The translations under genes were made by a program, and so were the position numbers. The notes below the pieces were generated by a model. The model was not told the DNA's origin. It saw only the letters and a list, made by a program, of their open reading frames with translations, and made no database searches. Of a stretch of DNA of 64,000 nucleotides, positions 1 through 9,891 are shown piece by piece. The number at the start of each line of letters is the position of its first letter. Within the stretch, counting starts at the first letter, position 1. The DNA comes from Candidatus Bathyarchaeota archaeon. GTDB lineage: Archaea > Thermoproteota > Bathyarchaeia > Bathyarchaeales > Bathycorpusculaceae. The stretch is taken from contig CAVZPM010000001.1 of NCBI GenBank assembly GCA_963777155.1, positions 96,001 to 160,000 on the forward strand, given 5' to 3'.

Positions 1-1139
1 AGAGAATTCATCCTGAAGTCTTGGCAAAATCCGACCTTCTACAAAAAAGGTTCAGCTTTGGTATCAAGGGAAACGTTAAAAAAACGAACATGACACCCAG
101 AGGAATTGAAGTTATCCCCAGCTCCATCAAGATATTCAATATAGCCACCGAACAGTTACCCATAGACATAACTGGCAAAACTCCAGCCCTCATAGAAGCA
201 AGACTGGATGCAAGACCCTTGGACTTAGCCCAAGAAAAAAACATAGCAACATTCAAAGTTCAGCATACAGCGCTCGAAGCCATACGTAGCTTCTTGTTTG
301 AAAGAAAGTTCTTGGAAGTTCATACACCAAGAATAATCGCTTCTGCAACGGAGGGTGGAGCAGAATTGTTCAGCGTGGACTATTTCGGGCAAAAAGCCTA
401 CCTTGCACAATCTCCCCAGCTATACAAAGAAGAGTTGACGCTAAGTTTTGAGAAAGTGTTTGAGGTTGGACCGTTTTTCCGCGCTGAAGAGTCACACACT
501 AGAAGACACCTAAGCGAGTTCACCTCAGTTGACATTGAGGCTGCTTTCGCAAACGCCACCGACGTTATGGTTTTGTTAGAACAAGTCATTCACCATGCAA
601 GCATGGTTGTTCAAGAGAAATGTGCAACTGAGCTTGCGGTGCTTGGATACAAGTTTGAAGTACCCCAAATTCCCTTCAAACGTTTAACTTACGATCAAGT
701 TTTAGACGACCTTAAAGCACAAGGTGTAACGATTCCTTGGGGCGAAGACATTCCGACCGAAGCCTTCAGAGTTCTAGGGGAGCTTTATCCATTCTTTTAC
801 TTCATAACAGATTGGCCTACACATGCCAAAGCTTTCTACATTAAACCTCGCGAAGACAAACCAGAAATATGTGAGGGTTTCGATCTGATGTGGCGCTACA
901 TCGAATTGGTTTCAGGAGGAACAAGAATCGCCCAAAAAGATCAGCTGATTCAGAGGCTAGCCGAGAAGGGTCTAAATCCTGAATCGTTCAAGTGTCACCT
1001 GCAAGCCTACGACTATGGAATGCCACCACATGCAGGGTGGGGATTGGGACTTGAGAGGTTAACAATGATCTTAACTGGAAACAAAAACATCCGAGAAGTC
1101 ACCCTTTATCCTCGAGACAGAGTAAGGTTAACACCATAA
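1..1139 (+). CDS. aspS: Aspartyl-tRNA synthetase, archaeal, probably non-discriminating; 5' end truncated by the window
   Basis: Class II motifs LAQSPQLYKE, FRAEESHTRRHLSEF and GMPPHAGWGLGLERL. The frame is open from the window start. Pro in the anticodon-binding loop (MTPRGIE) is typical of non-discriminating enzymes. Confidence 0.95.
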   Translation, partial: RIHPEVLAKSDLLQKRFSFGIKGNVKKTNMTPRGIEVIPSSIKIFNIATEQLPIDITGKTPALIEARLDARPLDLAQEKNIATFKVQHTALEAIRSFLFERKFLEVHTPRIIASATEGGAELFSVDYFGQKAYLAQSPQLYKEELTLSFEKVFEVGPFFRAEESHTRRHLSEFTSVDIEAAFANATDVMVLLEQVIHHASMVVQEKCATELAVLGYKFEVPQIPFKRLTYDQVLDDLKAQGVTIPWGEDIPTEAFRVLGELYPFFYFITDWPTHAKAFYIKPREDKPEICEGFDLMWRYIELVSGGTRIAQKDQLIQRLAEKGLNPESFKCHLQAYDYGMPPHAGWGLGLERLTMILTGNKNIREVTLYPRDRVRLTP

Positions 1140-1242
1140 CTATATTCTGTGGATCCCCAGCAAAGTGCTATTTTTCAACACGATTATGAGGTAATAAATT
1201 CTGCAATATTCTTTTATGTTCCTTAAAGACTAAGTTTACTTT

Positions 1243-1647
1243 ATGCATGAATGGGCATTAGCTGAAGCAATCCTGAAATCTGCAGAACAAGTCGTTGAGA
1301 AGGAAAACCTAAAGAAAATTACGGAGGTTACCATTAAAGTCGGTGAACTTCAACAGGTTGAAACCCCGATTCTACGTTTTGCTCTAAACCAACTTAAACC
1401 TGATTTCTTTAAAAAAGCAAAATTTCGTATTCTAAAAGCGAAATCAACACTCAAGTGTAGGGTTTGCAGTACTACATGGATGTTTAGTTTTAGAAAACTC
1501 GATAAAACAGCTGCTGAAGCAATCCATTTCGTTCCTGAGGTTGCTCATACTTACGTTAAGTGTCCAAAATGTGGCAGTCCTGACTTCGAAATTGTCAGTG
1601 GGCGCGGCGTTTGGCTGGAAAACATCCAAGGAGTAAAATCTAAGTGA
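1243..1647 (+). CDS. hypA: Hydrogenase nickel incorporation protein HypA
   Basis: N-terminal MHE, two CxxC motifs (CRVC, CPKC) and a Thermococcales-like IHFVPE insert. Confidence 0.95.
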   Translation: MHEWALAEAILKSAEQVVEKENLKKITEVTIKVGELQQVETPILRFALNQLKPDFFKKAKFRILKAKSTLKCRVCSTTWMFSFRKLDKTAAEAIHFVPEVAHTYVKCPKCGSPDFEIVSGRGVWLENIQGVKSK

Positions 1648-2408
1648 TTGATCCACGGACAAGCGTAATTACAGAGCGTTTGGCGGATATTGGGCGGATT
1701 GTGGCTGTTTCCAGCGGCAAGGGAGGTGTCGGAAAAAGTATGGTGGCAACTGCATTGGCGCTTTCTCTTGCTAGGGAGGGTTGTCGGGTGGGTTTGTTTG
1801 ATTTAGATTTTACGGGTCCATCAACCCATATTATCTTGGGCACGCCATCAAATTTGCAACCAAAAGAAGAGAAGGGTATAGTTCCGCCTAATTTTGAGGG
1901 GTTATCATACATGTCACTGGTTTATTATGTTGGAGACAACCCTGCACCGTTGCGAGGAGTTGACATTTCAAACGCGCTCATAGAATTGTTGTCGGTCACC
2001 CAGTGGGGGACTCTCGATTTTTTGGTTATCGATATGCCTCCTGGGATTGGCGACGCGGTGTTAGATTTACTTCGGCTGGTTAAACGTATAGAGTTCTTAA
2101 TCATCACAACACCATCACTTTTAGCGTTTGAAGTCGTTAAAAAACAGGTATTATTGCTGTGTGAACTCAATATGCCCATTGTCGGGATCGTGGAGAACAT
2201 GAAGATGGACAAAGCAAACGTCGTGGAGTTGGCAACGCAAAAGTTAGGGCTGAGGTATCTAGGCTCAATCCCCTATGACTCAACGGTTGAAACTGCAATT
2301 GGTAGACCACAAAAACTGTTAGAAACTGCAATTGGCAAAACAATGGATCAAATTAAGAAAGCTGCGGCTGGACAAAGAGGGAAACTCAAATGTCCTGCAA
2401 AGCAGTAA
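1644..2408 (+). CDS. Mrp/MinD-family ATPase, probably an ATP-dependent HypB-type hydrogenase maturation factor
   Basis: Motifs SGKGGVGKS, DMPPG and ENM. It lacks the CxxC that follows ENM in ApbC/Nbp35 and overlaps the hypA stop codon. Confidence 0.85.
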   Translation: MIDPRTSVITERLADIGRIVAVSSGKGGVGKSMVATALALSLAREGCRVGLFDLDFTGPSTHIILGTPSNLQPKEEKGIVPPNFEGLSYMSLVYYVGDNPAPLRGVDISNALIELLSVTQWGTLDFLVIDMPPGIGDAVLDLLRLVKRIEFLIITTPSLLAFEVVKKQVLLLCELNMPIVGIVENMKMDKANVVELATQKLGLRYLGSIPYDSTVETAIGRPQKLLETAIGKTMDQIKKAAAGQRGKLKCPAKQ

Positions 2409-3124
2409 TCTTCGATTATATCGGAACCTTAGTCAACTGTAGAGATTACACTTTGGAAGCTTCAAAGCAAAAACTTTACAATGCGTTGGTTGCTGAAGGC
2501 TTTACCTCTTCTGAGCGTAATTTTTTGGATGCTTACAACTTGTCCCATGAGAAATACCGTAAAATACGCTATGAAGAGCTAAGGGAAGTAACAAATGCGG
2601 TTTGGGTCGCCGAAACCCTATGTCGTTTGGGCTTTGAGGTTAAGTCTGAGGATGCTCGAGTCAAAGCTGCGTTGAACGTTTTTTTCCAAGACTTCATAGA
2701 TACCCTTACGCTAAGAGAAGGCGCAAGAGAATTGGTAAAACAAGCCAGAGAGCAGTGTAAGGTGGCGTTAATCTCCAATTTCACTTATGCGCCTGTTATA
2801 TACAAAAGCCTTAGAAAGGTCGGGTTAAGTGAGTTCTTCAATGTGGTTGTGGTTTCTGAGGAAGTGGGCTGGCGGAAACCAAGTTCTCAAATATTCGAGT
2901 ATGCCCTAAACAAACTGCAGATTCAAGCTAGCGGAACAGTCTACATCGGTGACAGCCCAAACGAAGATATCAGAGGCGCCAAACAAGTAGGATTAAAAAC
3001 CGTCTTTGTCTCTTCACAATTCAACACCCTAAAAGACCTAAAAGAAAGCAAACAAGAGCCCGATCACATAACCGAAGATCTAATTTCACTCTACCAGAGT
3101 TTAAATCAAATTCTTTCCCTCTAG
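2390..3124 (+). CDS. HAD-superfamily hydrolase
   Basis: FDYIGTL motif I variant, SN, KP and GDS...D motifs. Confidence 0.85.
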   Translation: MSCKAVIFDYIGTLVNCRDYTLEASKQKLYNALVAEGFTSSERNFLDAYNLSHEKYRKIRYEELREVTNAVWVAETLCRLGFEVKSEDARVKAALNVFFQDFIDTLTLREGARELVKQAREQCKVALISNFTYAPVIYKSLRKVGLSEFFNVVVVSEEVGWRKPSSQIFEYALNKLQIQASGTVYIGDSPNEDIRGAKQVGLKTVFVSSQFNTLKDLKESKQEPDHITEDLISLYQSLNQILSL

Positions 3125-3255
3125 GCCTTGAGCTTCGAGATACCTCAATTTATTGAAGCGGTCTAGCCCTCACAAATAGTTTTATACGCCTTAAGCGCAA
3201 AGAATCACCGATGCGGAAGAGAGAAAAATGATAAAAAGAAAATAAAGGAAAAAAA

Positions 3256-4489
3256 TTAGATTTTTTTGGTTTGAACAGCATTCTCCAATGCAACAACACC
3301 AGGAAGCCTCTTACCCATTAAAAACTCAATAAGTGCTCCGCCAGCCGTGCTGATATAGCCGATTTTTTTGGTCAAACCATACTCGTTGATGGCTGCGATG
3401 GTGTTTCCGCCGCCTGCAAGGCTGAATGCTTTGCTGTTTGCTATGGCTTCGAAGACTTTTTTGGTGCCATAGTTGAACTCTTTATTTTCGTAGACTCCCA
3501 TTGGTCCGCTGACTACGATGGATTTAGCGCCTGAGATAATTTTCGCGTAGCACTCCACTGTTTTTATGCCCAAGTCAAAGATTGAGTATTCAGTCGGCAA
3601 CTTGTTTATGCCGATTTCTTTGCGTTTACCATTCACTTCTATGGCAACATCGATTGGCACAACCACTTTGTCGCCGTACTGCTCTATTAGTTCTTTTATG
3701 CCTGGAATTAAGCCTGTTAACATCTTTCTTTGCCAGAAAAGCCATGTTACCTTTGCCAAGGTCAACGTCCTTCGCTGCAAGAAACAACTGTGAAGTCACT
3801 CCGCCAACCAATACATAGTCTGCTATACCGTTGCCCAACACGTACTTGCTAATTTCAAGCGAATCGTCAGCTTTTGCTCCACCCATAACGTAAACGCAGG
3901 GTTTCTCAGGCTTTTCCAATGCCTTGCTAAGGGATTTTAGTTCACGTTCCATGATGCGTCCAGCGGCAGATGGCAAAACAGCGGTAAAGCCAACCATGCT
4001 GGCGTGTCCACGGTGCGCTGCGGCAAAAGCGTCGTTAACGAAAAAATCTGCGAGCGGCGCAAGATTCTGCACAAGCTCCGTTTTGCTGGCATCCTCGGGC
4101 GTTGCGCTTTTTGTTTCTTTATCCCAACTACGTACGTTCTCCAAAACTAGGATTTCGCCACCTTTGAGGTTTTTAATGGCGTCTTTGGCTTTGTCGCCGA
4201 AGACGTCGTCAACGTATTTTACTGGGCATTTGAGTATTTTCCCAAGAATTTCTGCGTGCTCTTTTAGGGGGGTGTAGTCTGGGTCTCCTTTTCTGCCTTG
4301 ATGCGCGAGGACAACGGTTTTAGCTCCTTTCTCAGCGAGTTCTTTAAGGGTTGATTCGGCGTGGGCTTTTATGCGTACGTCGCTTGTGACCTTCTTGGTG
4401 GCCGGGTCGATTTCTGAGTTAAAGTCAACTCTAACAAGGACTACTTTGTTTTTTACTTTAAAATCGTCTAATGTCTTGTACTTTGCCAT
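3256..4489 (-). CDS. pgk: Phosphoglycerate kinase, split by a 1-nt insertion near 3721
   Basis: RVDFN, LENVR, NDAFAAAHR and GGAKADD lie in ORF 3626..4489. GPMGVYE, GGG and STAGGA lie in ORF 3256..3780. Confidence 0.95.
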
Positions 4490-4556
4490 GTTAGTTCACT
4501 TCTGTTAGTTTTTAAAAAAGGAAAAGAAAGGAAGATTTAGCTTGTTTGCTGCTGTT

Positions 4557-5579
4557 TTAGAGGTTGGCTTTGTTGCCGATCATTTCGATGAAGTCAACCA
4601 TGCGGTTGCTGAAGCCCCATTCGTTGTCGTACCATGCGAAGATCTTAACGAAGTTGCTCTTCTCACCTAACACCATGGTTAAATCTGCATCGAAAACGCT
4701 GCTGTAGGTGCTGTGAAGTACATCGGTGCTAACGATTGGGTCTTCAGTGTACTGCAAGATGCCTTTAAGTTCGCCTTCTGCAGCTTTCTTCATGGCTGCG
4801 TTGATTTCAGCTTTTGTCGTTTCTTTGCCTAGAACTGCAACCAAGTCAATAATGGATACGTCTGGGGTTGGGACACGCAAAGAATAGCCGTTCATTTTTC
4901 CAGCGCAATTTGGCAAAACTAAGCCGATTGCTTTTGCTGCTCCAGTGCTGGTTGGAATGATGTTGATTGCTGCAGCTCTTGCACGTCTTGGGTCTTTGTG
5001 AACTATGTCTTGGATTTTCTGGTCGTTTGTGTAGCTGTGGCATGTTGTCATGAAGGCTTTCTCTAAGCCAAAGTTGTCGGCTAAAACTTTGCTTATTGGA
5101 GCTAAACCATTTGTGGTGCAGCTCGCATTTGAGACGATGTTGTGTTTTTCGTGGTCGTACGTTTCGTCGTTTATGCCTAAGACAAAGGTTGCATCTGGGT
5201 TTTCTGCTGGGGCTGAGATGAGGACTTTTTTTGCTCCTGCGGTAAGATGTTTCGTTGCGCCTTCACGGCTAGTGAATAAGCCTGTTGATTCAACAGCTAA
5301 GTAAACTCCCAAGTCTTTCCACGGTAGTTGTAATGGGTCTTTAACGCTGAGGCATTTCAGTTCTTTTCCGTTGACAACCAGGTCGTTTCCCTTTACTTCA
5401 ACGGTGCCTGGAAAACGTCCGTGCACTGAATCGTACTTGAGCAAATGAGCGTTAGTTTTTGCATCTGCCAAGTCGTTGATGGCTACAAAATCGATTTTTG
5501 CGTTCTTTTCTATGGCTGCTCGGTAGAGAAGTCTACCAATTCTTCCAAAACCATTGATTCCGACTTTAATATTCGCCAT
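4557..5579 (-). CDS. gap: Glyceraldehyde-3-phosphate dehydrogenase, class I (bacterial type)
   Basis: Motifs [36 protein letters not shown] and WYDNEWG; AGGTGA RBS upstream. Confidence 0.97.
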   Translation of the reverse strand: MANIKVGINGFGRIGRLLYRAAIEKNAKIDFVAINDLADAKTNAHLLKYDSVHGRFPGTVEVKGNDLVVNGKELKCLSVKDPLQLPWKDLGVYLAVESTGLFTSREGATKHLTAGAKKVLISAPAENPDATFVLGINDETYDHEKHNIVSNASCTTNGLAPISKVLADNFGLEKAFMTTCHSYTNDQKIQDIVHKDPRRARAAAINIIPTSTGAAKAIGLVLPNCAGKMNGYSLRVPTPDVSIIDLVAVLGKETTKAEINAAMKKAAEGELKGILQYTEDPIVSTDVLHSTYSSVFDADLTMVLGEKSNFVKIFAWYDNEWGFSNRMVDFIEMIGNKANL

Positions 5580-5635
5580 AACAATTCACCTTTACATGTA
5601 AAACTGTAACAAGCGAATCTAACTTTATTAATTTT

Positions 5636-5732
5636 CCGACTAAGAAGACTGGCGCGACAGGCGCAAACCCAGCGGCTAAGGAGGAACCATTGCTCCTTGT
5701 AGGACAAACCAGGTTCTGACCTAGAATAGTTA
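5636..5732. other. GC-rich structured intergenic segment, candidate ncRNA
   Basis: Hairpins CTGGCGC..GCGCaaacCCAG, AAGGAG..CTCCTT and TTCT..AGAA in an AT-rich context. Confidence 0.3.
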
Positions 5733-5739
5733 AAGATGA

Positions 5740-6144
5740 TTAGTAAAGGCCGCCTTCCTTAAAGTAATGGTACTCTTCTTTCTTGGGACCGAAGCTTCGC
5801 ACGCCATCCCTTCCGAGCTGACACCGTAGTTGCTTAGCGTTGTCTTTGGTTATTTCGCCCTTCTTTTCCAAGTAAGTGATAATTTCCTCTGCTTGCGCTT
5901 CTGTATCGCAGCGGCGAATAAAATCTACAGCTGAAGGGTTGAAATGGCGTAACTTATCAGATGTCTCATGGCAAGACTCTGACTCTTCTTGGGTACAGAC
6001 TTCACATTCCTCGCCAGCGGCAGCTTCTTCAGCTTCCAACGGGTTTTTCCGTACACTGTTGATTGGAATTTTGACTTCTCCTGCTTCAAGTTCCTCGTAA
6101 AGGTGTGGGAAGATTTTTTTGATGGATTTTTTATCTATTGCCAT
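5740..6144 (-). CDS. DUF2095-family conserved archaeal protein
   Basis: FPHLYEEL, PSAVDFIRRCDTEAQAEEIITYLEKKGEIT and GVRSFGPKKE pattern. Confidence 0.8.
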   Translation of the reverse strand: MAIDKKSIKKIFPHLYEELEAGEVKIPINSVRKNPLEAEEAAAGEECEVCTQEESESCHETSDKLRHFNPSAVDFIRRCDTEAQAEEIITYLEKKGEITKDNAKQLRCQLGRDGVRSFGPKKEEYHYFKEGGLY

Positions 6145-6212
6145 ACTACATCAGTTTTACAAAAATAATATCTGAACTTTCCCATTTATTTTCTTTTTTG
6201 AAAAATAACCAG

Positions 6213-6827
6213 TTATGCAGGGATGAACTGTCGAGTTGGGTTGGTTTCAAGTACTCTTTCGAGCTCTTTGATACCTAAGCCTTTGAGCTCGTCGCCGAAG
6301 GTTTCGCATTTACGTTTTTTTCCTGCCTCTTCTCGGCTGCGGACAACGATTTCAAGTCCATGTTTAGATATGGTTTCAGAGTAAATGTGAAATGATTCCA
6401 AGGTTGCTCCACGCTTATTGACAGTTGTCCATTTAGTTTTCTGAACCTTTATGCCTGCAGCTTTGAGGATTATTGGGATTTCTTCGGGGTCATCAGTGTA
6501 GACAGCGATGTCAATGTCGCTTCCCTGCTTAATCGTCCCACGCCAAACACTTCCAATCAAAACGGGGCAAAACCCGCCCAGAAGACGCATTATCTCTACT
6601 GCTTCAGTGCGCATCTGGACCAAGCGTTCGCTCCTTTTTGCGCCCTCGTTTTCCTCGGCAATCTTATCCAATTCGAGGGCTACTTCAAGGTTAGAGGGCA
6701 AGAAATGAACGCCGAATGTTTTGGCTGCTTTCTCTTTAGCTTGTTTGTACTCTTTCTCCGCCCCAAAATAAAGGAGTGTGGCGGCTTCTTTTGTGACTCG
6801 CTGCTTTAAATCAAAGTCGTCCGTCAA
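6213..6827 (-). CDS. Nucleotidyltransferase-domain protein (pol-beta fold)
   Basis: GSVWRG...SDIDI motif; N-terminal EAA.LLY...EY.QAK. Confidence 0.8.
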   Translation of the reverse strand: MTDDFDLKQRVTKEAATLLYFGAEKEYKQAKEKAAKTFGVHFLPSNLEVALELDKIAEENEGAKRSERLVQMRTEAVEIMRLLGGFCPVLIGSVWRGTIKQGSDIDIAVYTDDPEEIPIILKAAGIKVQKTKWTTVNKRGATLESFHIYSETISKHGLEIVVRSREEAGKKRKCETFGDELKGLGIKELERVLETNPTRQFIPA

Positions 6828-6832
6828 GGCGT

Positions 6833-8083
6833 TTACCGTTTTACGATTGTCTCATACAGCTCCACGGTTTTCTCCGCTATTCTGCTCCACGTGAACTCTG
6901 CCAAAACCCTTTTTCTGCCGTTCTTACCTAGTATTTTACGCCTCTCAGGGTTTTCAAGAGCGCTAATGACTCCCCATGCGATGTCTGAGGGGTTGTTTGG
7001 GTCTACGTGGAAGCCGCATTGTTCTTCACCGCAGCAAATCACGATTTCCCGCATCCCACTGACTCCGGCGGCGCCGACCACAACGGGTTTCTCCATACTC
7101 ATGGCTTCAAGCGCGACTATACCGAAAGGCTCGTAGAAGCTTGGGAACACTGCTATGTCGCAGGCTGCATAATGTTGAATGCGTTCCTCTTCTGGAATGA
7201 AATCAAAGCAGAATTTGACGTATTCGTCCAGTTTTGTCATTCGGGTCAGGTTTGTGAGGTATTCTTGTAGGTCACCGACGCCGACGACGACCAATTTTAC
7301 TTTGGGAATTTTGGAGATGATATGGGGCATAGCCATGATTAATTTATCAACGCCCTTAACCATGACGAGGCGTCCGAGGAATAGAATCATTAGCTCATCG
7401 TCTTTGATTCCGTATTTTTCCCTGATTTTCTGGATATTTTCCTTTGAAACGTTCTCTGGCTTATACTTTTGTGGGTCAACCCCGTTGTAGCTGACCTGGA
7501 TCTTTTCTTTAGGAAAACCTAGCTGGACTAATTCATCTTTCATCGCGTATGAGACTGTGACAACCATGTCAGCCATCTTGCCAGCTCTCAACTCGATGTT
7601 GCTAACTACACTCGAACCATTACCTAGCGTTCTGCCCTTCTCGGTGGAGTGAACGTGGAAAGCCAAAGGCATACCAGTTTCACGTTTAACTGTGATTCCG
7701 CCCATAGCTGAGAGCCAATCGTGGGCTACAACGACGTCGTATTTCATGCCTTCTTTTTTGATGAGTTCGTTAACCAACTTTGCTGCTGAAAGGTAATTGT
7801 AAACCATCAGTTTGCCGAACAAATGAATACCCCGACCCCACTTCCGTATGTCTTCCGCGATTACGTCGGGCAATGAATCTGACACGTCTATGTGGAGTGG
7901 ACGGTGGATTTCTATGCCGCGCCAAATCTCTCGGGTCGGCAAGGATCCGGCATCGTCGTTCATTGTGAAGACGGTAACGTCATGATCGTTTAGAACGAAT
8001 TTCCTTGTGATTTCAGCTGCGTAGGTTCCCAGTCCACCTACTATTTTAGGTGGATACTCGTAGACAAAAACGGCAATCTTCAT
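6833..8083 (-). CDS. GT4 glycosyltransferase (glycogen-synthase-like)
   Basis: Motifs EYPPKIVGGLG, HDW, GRL..VKG and PSFYEPFGIVALEAM. Confidence 0.9.
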   Translation of the reverse strand: MKIAVFVYEYPPKIVGGLGTYAAEITRKFVLNDHDVTVFTMNDDAGSLPTREIWRGIEIHRPLHIDVSDSLPDVIAEDIRKWGRGIHLFGKLMVYNYLSAAKLVNELIKKEGMKYDVVVAHDWLSAMGGITVKRETGMPLAFHVHSTEKGRTLGNGSSVVSNIELRAGKMADMVVTVSYAMKDELVQLGFPKEKIQVSYNGVDPQKYKPENVSKENIQKIREKYGIKDDELMILFLGRLVMVKGVDKLIMAMPHIISKIPKVKLVVVGVGDLQEYLTNLTRMTKLDEYVKFCFDFIPEEERIQHYAACDIAVFPSFYEPFGIVALEAMSMEKPVVVGAAGVSGMREIVICCGEEQCGFHVDPNNPSDIAWGVISALENPERRKILGKNGRKRVLAEFTWSRIAEKTVELYETIVKR

Positions 8084-8249
8084 TTCTCTTCATCACCAGT
8101 TATTCATTTAGCATTATGAATCTTTATACTAAAGCTTTACTTATCTACGATAACTGCTCGAAACCAAACAAAAACATCTCTCTTAAACAAAAAGTTTAGG
8201 AAAAGTTTGATTAGATCGTTCTACATTACCACTACAAGAAGGTCTGCGT

Positions 8250-8840
8250 ATGAGTTTATCGCCTATTAAACAAGAAATACTAGAAACCATGCTCCTAAAC
8301 GGAAAACCACAGAAAGCCATGGACATCGCCAAAGAAGCCAAAAAAGAGTACCAGCCCGTCAACATGCACCTTTTAGGGCTCATCAAAATGGGGTATATTG
8401 CTATGCCGGAGAAGGGACTATACGCTATTACCGAGAAAGGAAAAAGAACGCTTGGAATACCGGAAACAACTAAAGAAAAAGCCGTCGCAATCCTAGCTTA
8501 TGCGCCACATGAAAAGGCATTTAATTTCTACGTCACATTTGGAAAACCACTGAGCATCCACGCTCATAGTTTAAGGGACTTCGCAAACAAGCTTGACCGC
8601 GCCGACATAGCCTCAGTAGAGTTTCACATACAACGAGGCGATTTCGAAGCCTGGTTTAAAGGATTGGGCGACGAGGAACTCTCTAAAAGAACCACAATAC
8701 TGAAAAAGAGAATTGCTGTTGGAGAAATCCTTCGCAAACAACTACATGATATTGTTGAGCAGCGATACCTTGAATTGGTAAAATTATCCGGTCAAACAAT
8801 CCCAACGGAAGAAGACCACACTCACAACCATACACATTAA
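8250..8840 (+). CDS. Winged-helix plus DUF5752-like domain protein with His-rich tail
   Basis: N-terminal wHTH (YAITEKGK wing); AF.F...G...A.SL.DF...L...SVEFH..RGDF..W pattern; tail HTHNHTH. Confidence 0.7.
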   Translation: MSLSPIKQEILETMLLNGKPQKAMDIAKEAKKEYQPVNMHLLGLIKMGYIAMPEKGLYAITEKGKRTLGIPETTKEKAVAILAYAPHEKAFNFYVTFGKPLSIHAHSLRDFANKLDRADIASVEFHIQRGDFEAWFKGLGDEELSKRTTILKKRIAVGEILRKQLHDIVEQRYLELVKLSGQTIPTEEDHTHNHTH

Positions 8841-8907
8841 TGGATTTATTTTGATTCTTTTTAATTACCTTAATTAGTTAAGAAAAATTTGCCCAAAAAA
8901 TGGGCGT

Positions 8908-9891
8908 TTAGGTTATTTGTTTGTAGATTGGGTGGTCTCTAAACTTCAAATTGGTCGTTGACCACTCTAAGGTCCCGCTGGGCAGTCTTGTGCAAATCGA
9001 TTGGACGATTGCGCCGCCAGATGTGAACCGTACGCCGTCAAGCATTTCGCCTTTTGTGACGCCTGAAGCTGCAAAAATCATTTCATTACCTTTTGCCAAC
9101 TCGTCTTCGGTGTAGGTTTTGTTGATGTCAACGCCTGCCGCTTTTAGTCTGTCCATGCGTTTGGCGTCGTCTTTTTTATCTTTCCAAACCTTAACCAGCA
9201 TTGTTCCACCTAGGCATTTCACGGCTACTGCAGCGATTGTTGCCTCCGCTCCCGCTCCTGCACCGATCAGCAGGTCAACACCTGAGTCAGGTAAGCATGT
9301 GACGATTGAGCCTCCGATGTCGCCGTCAGCTATGAGGATGATTCTTACACCCATCTTTCTTAGTTTTGCAAGCAATTCATTGTGTCTGTCACGTTCAAGC
9401 ATAATAACCGTGAAGTTCGCTAAAGGCCTGTTTTTCAACTTAGCTATTGTCTTGACGATTTCTTCAACTGACATATCAAGAGAAATCTTGCCCTTCGATA
9501 TGCCGTCGGTTGCAACTTTGAAGTAGTAGCCGTCGTCTGGCAAAACCTTTAAACAACCGGCAGGTGCACAACACAATGCTGAGATGGCGTCTTTCTTTCC
9601 TTTGGATGTTGCAGTTGTGCCATCTACTTGGTCAATTATGAATTCTACTTTGGGTCCATTTCCTGTGCCGACTTTTTCCATGAAGCTGAAGGCTGGGGCG
9701 TTGTCTTTTGGACCTTCGCAGCAAATAACTTCTCCATCAACTTCGGTTTGGCTTAAGACTGCTCTTGAAAAGTCGAGGGCAGTTTGGTCTACTTTGTCCG
9801 GATCTCCTTTCCCTATGTGTAGGGCAGCGCCCAGTGCTCCGGCTGTGGTGATTCTTGTCAACGATGGCGAAAGCGATCTCAGTGAGGTCAT
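8908..9891 (-). CDS. glpX: Fructose-1,6-bisphosphatase class II (GlpX)
   Basis: Motifs EGPKDNAP, DQVDGTT, RDRH, DGDI and FAASGVTKGEMLDGV. The ATG at 9891 overlaps the upstream stop (ATGA). Confidence 0.9.
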   Translation of the reverse strand: MTSLRSLSPSLTRITTAGALGAALHIGKGDPDKVDQTALDFSRAVLSQTEVDGEVICCEGPKDNAPAFSFMEKVGTGNGPKVEFIIDQVDGTTATSKGKKDAISALCCAPAGCLKVLPDDGYYFKVATDGISKGKISLDMSVEEIVKTIAKLKNRPLANFTVIMLERDRHNELLAKLRKMGVRIILIADGDIGGSIVTCLPDSGVDLLIGAGAGAEATIAAVAVKCLGGTMLVKVWKDKKDDAKRMDRLKAAGVDINKTYTEDELAKGNEMIFAASGVTKGEMLDGVRFTSGGAIVQSICTRLPSGTLEWSTTNLKFRDHPIYKQIT

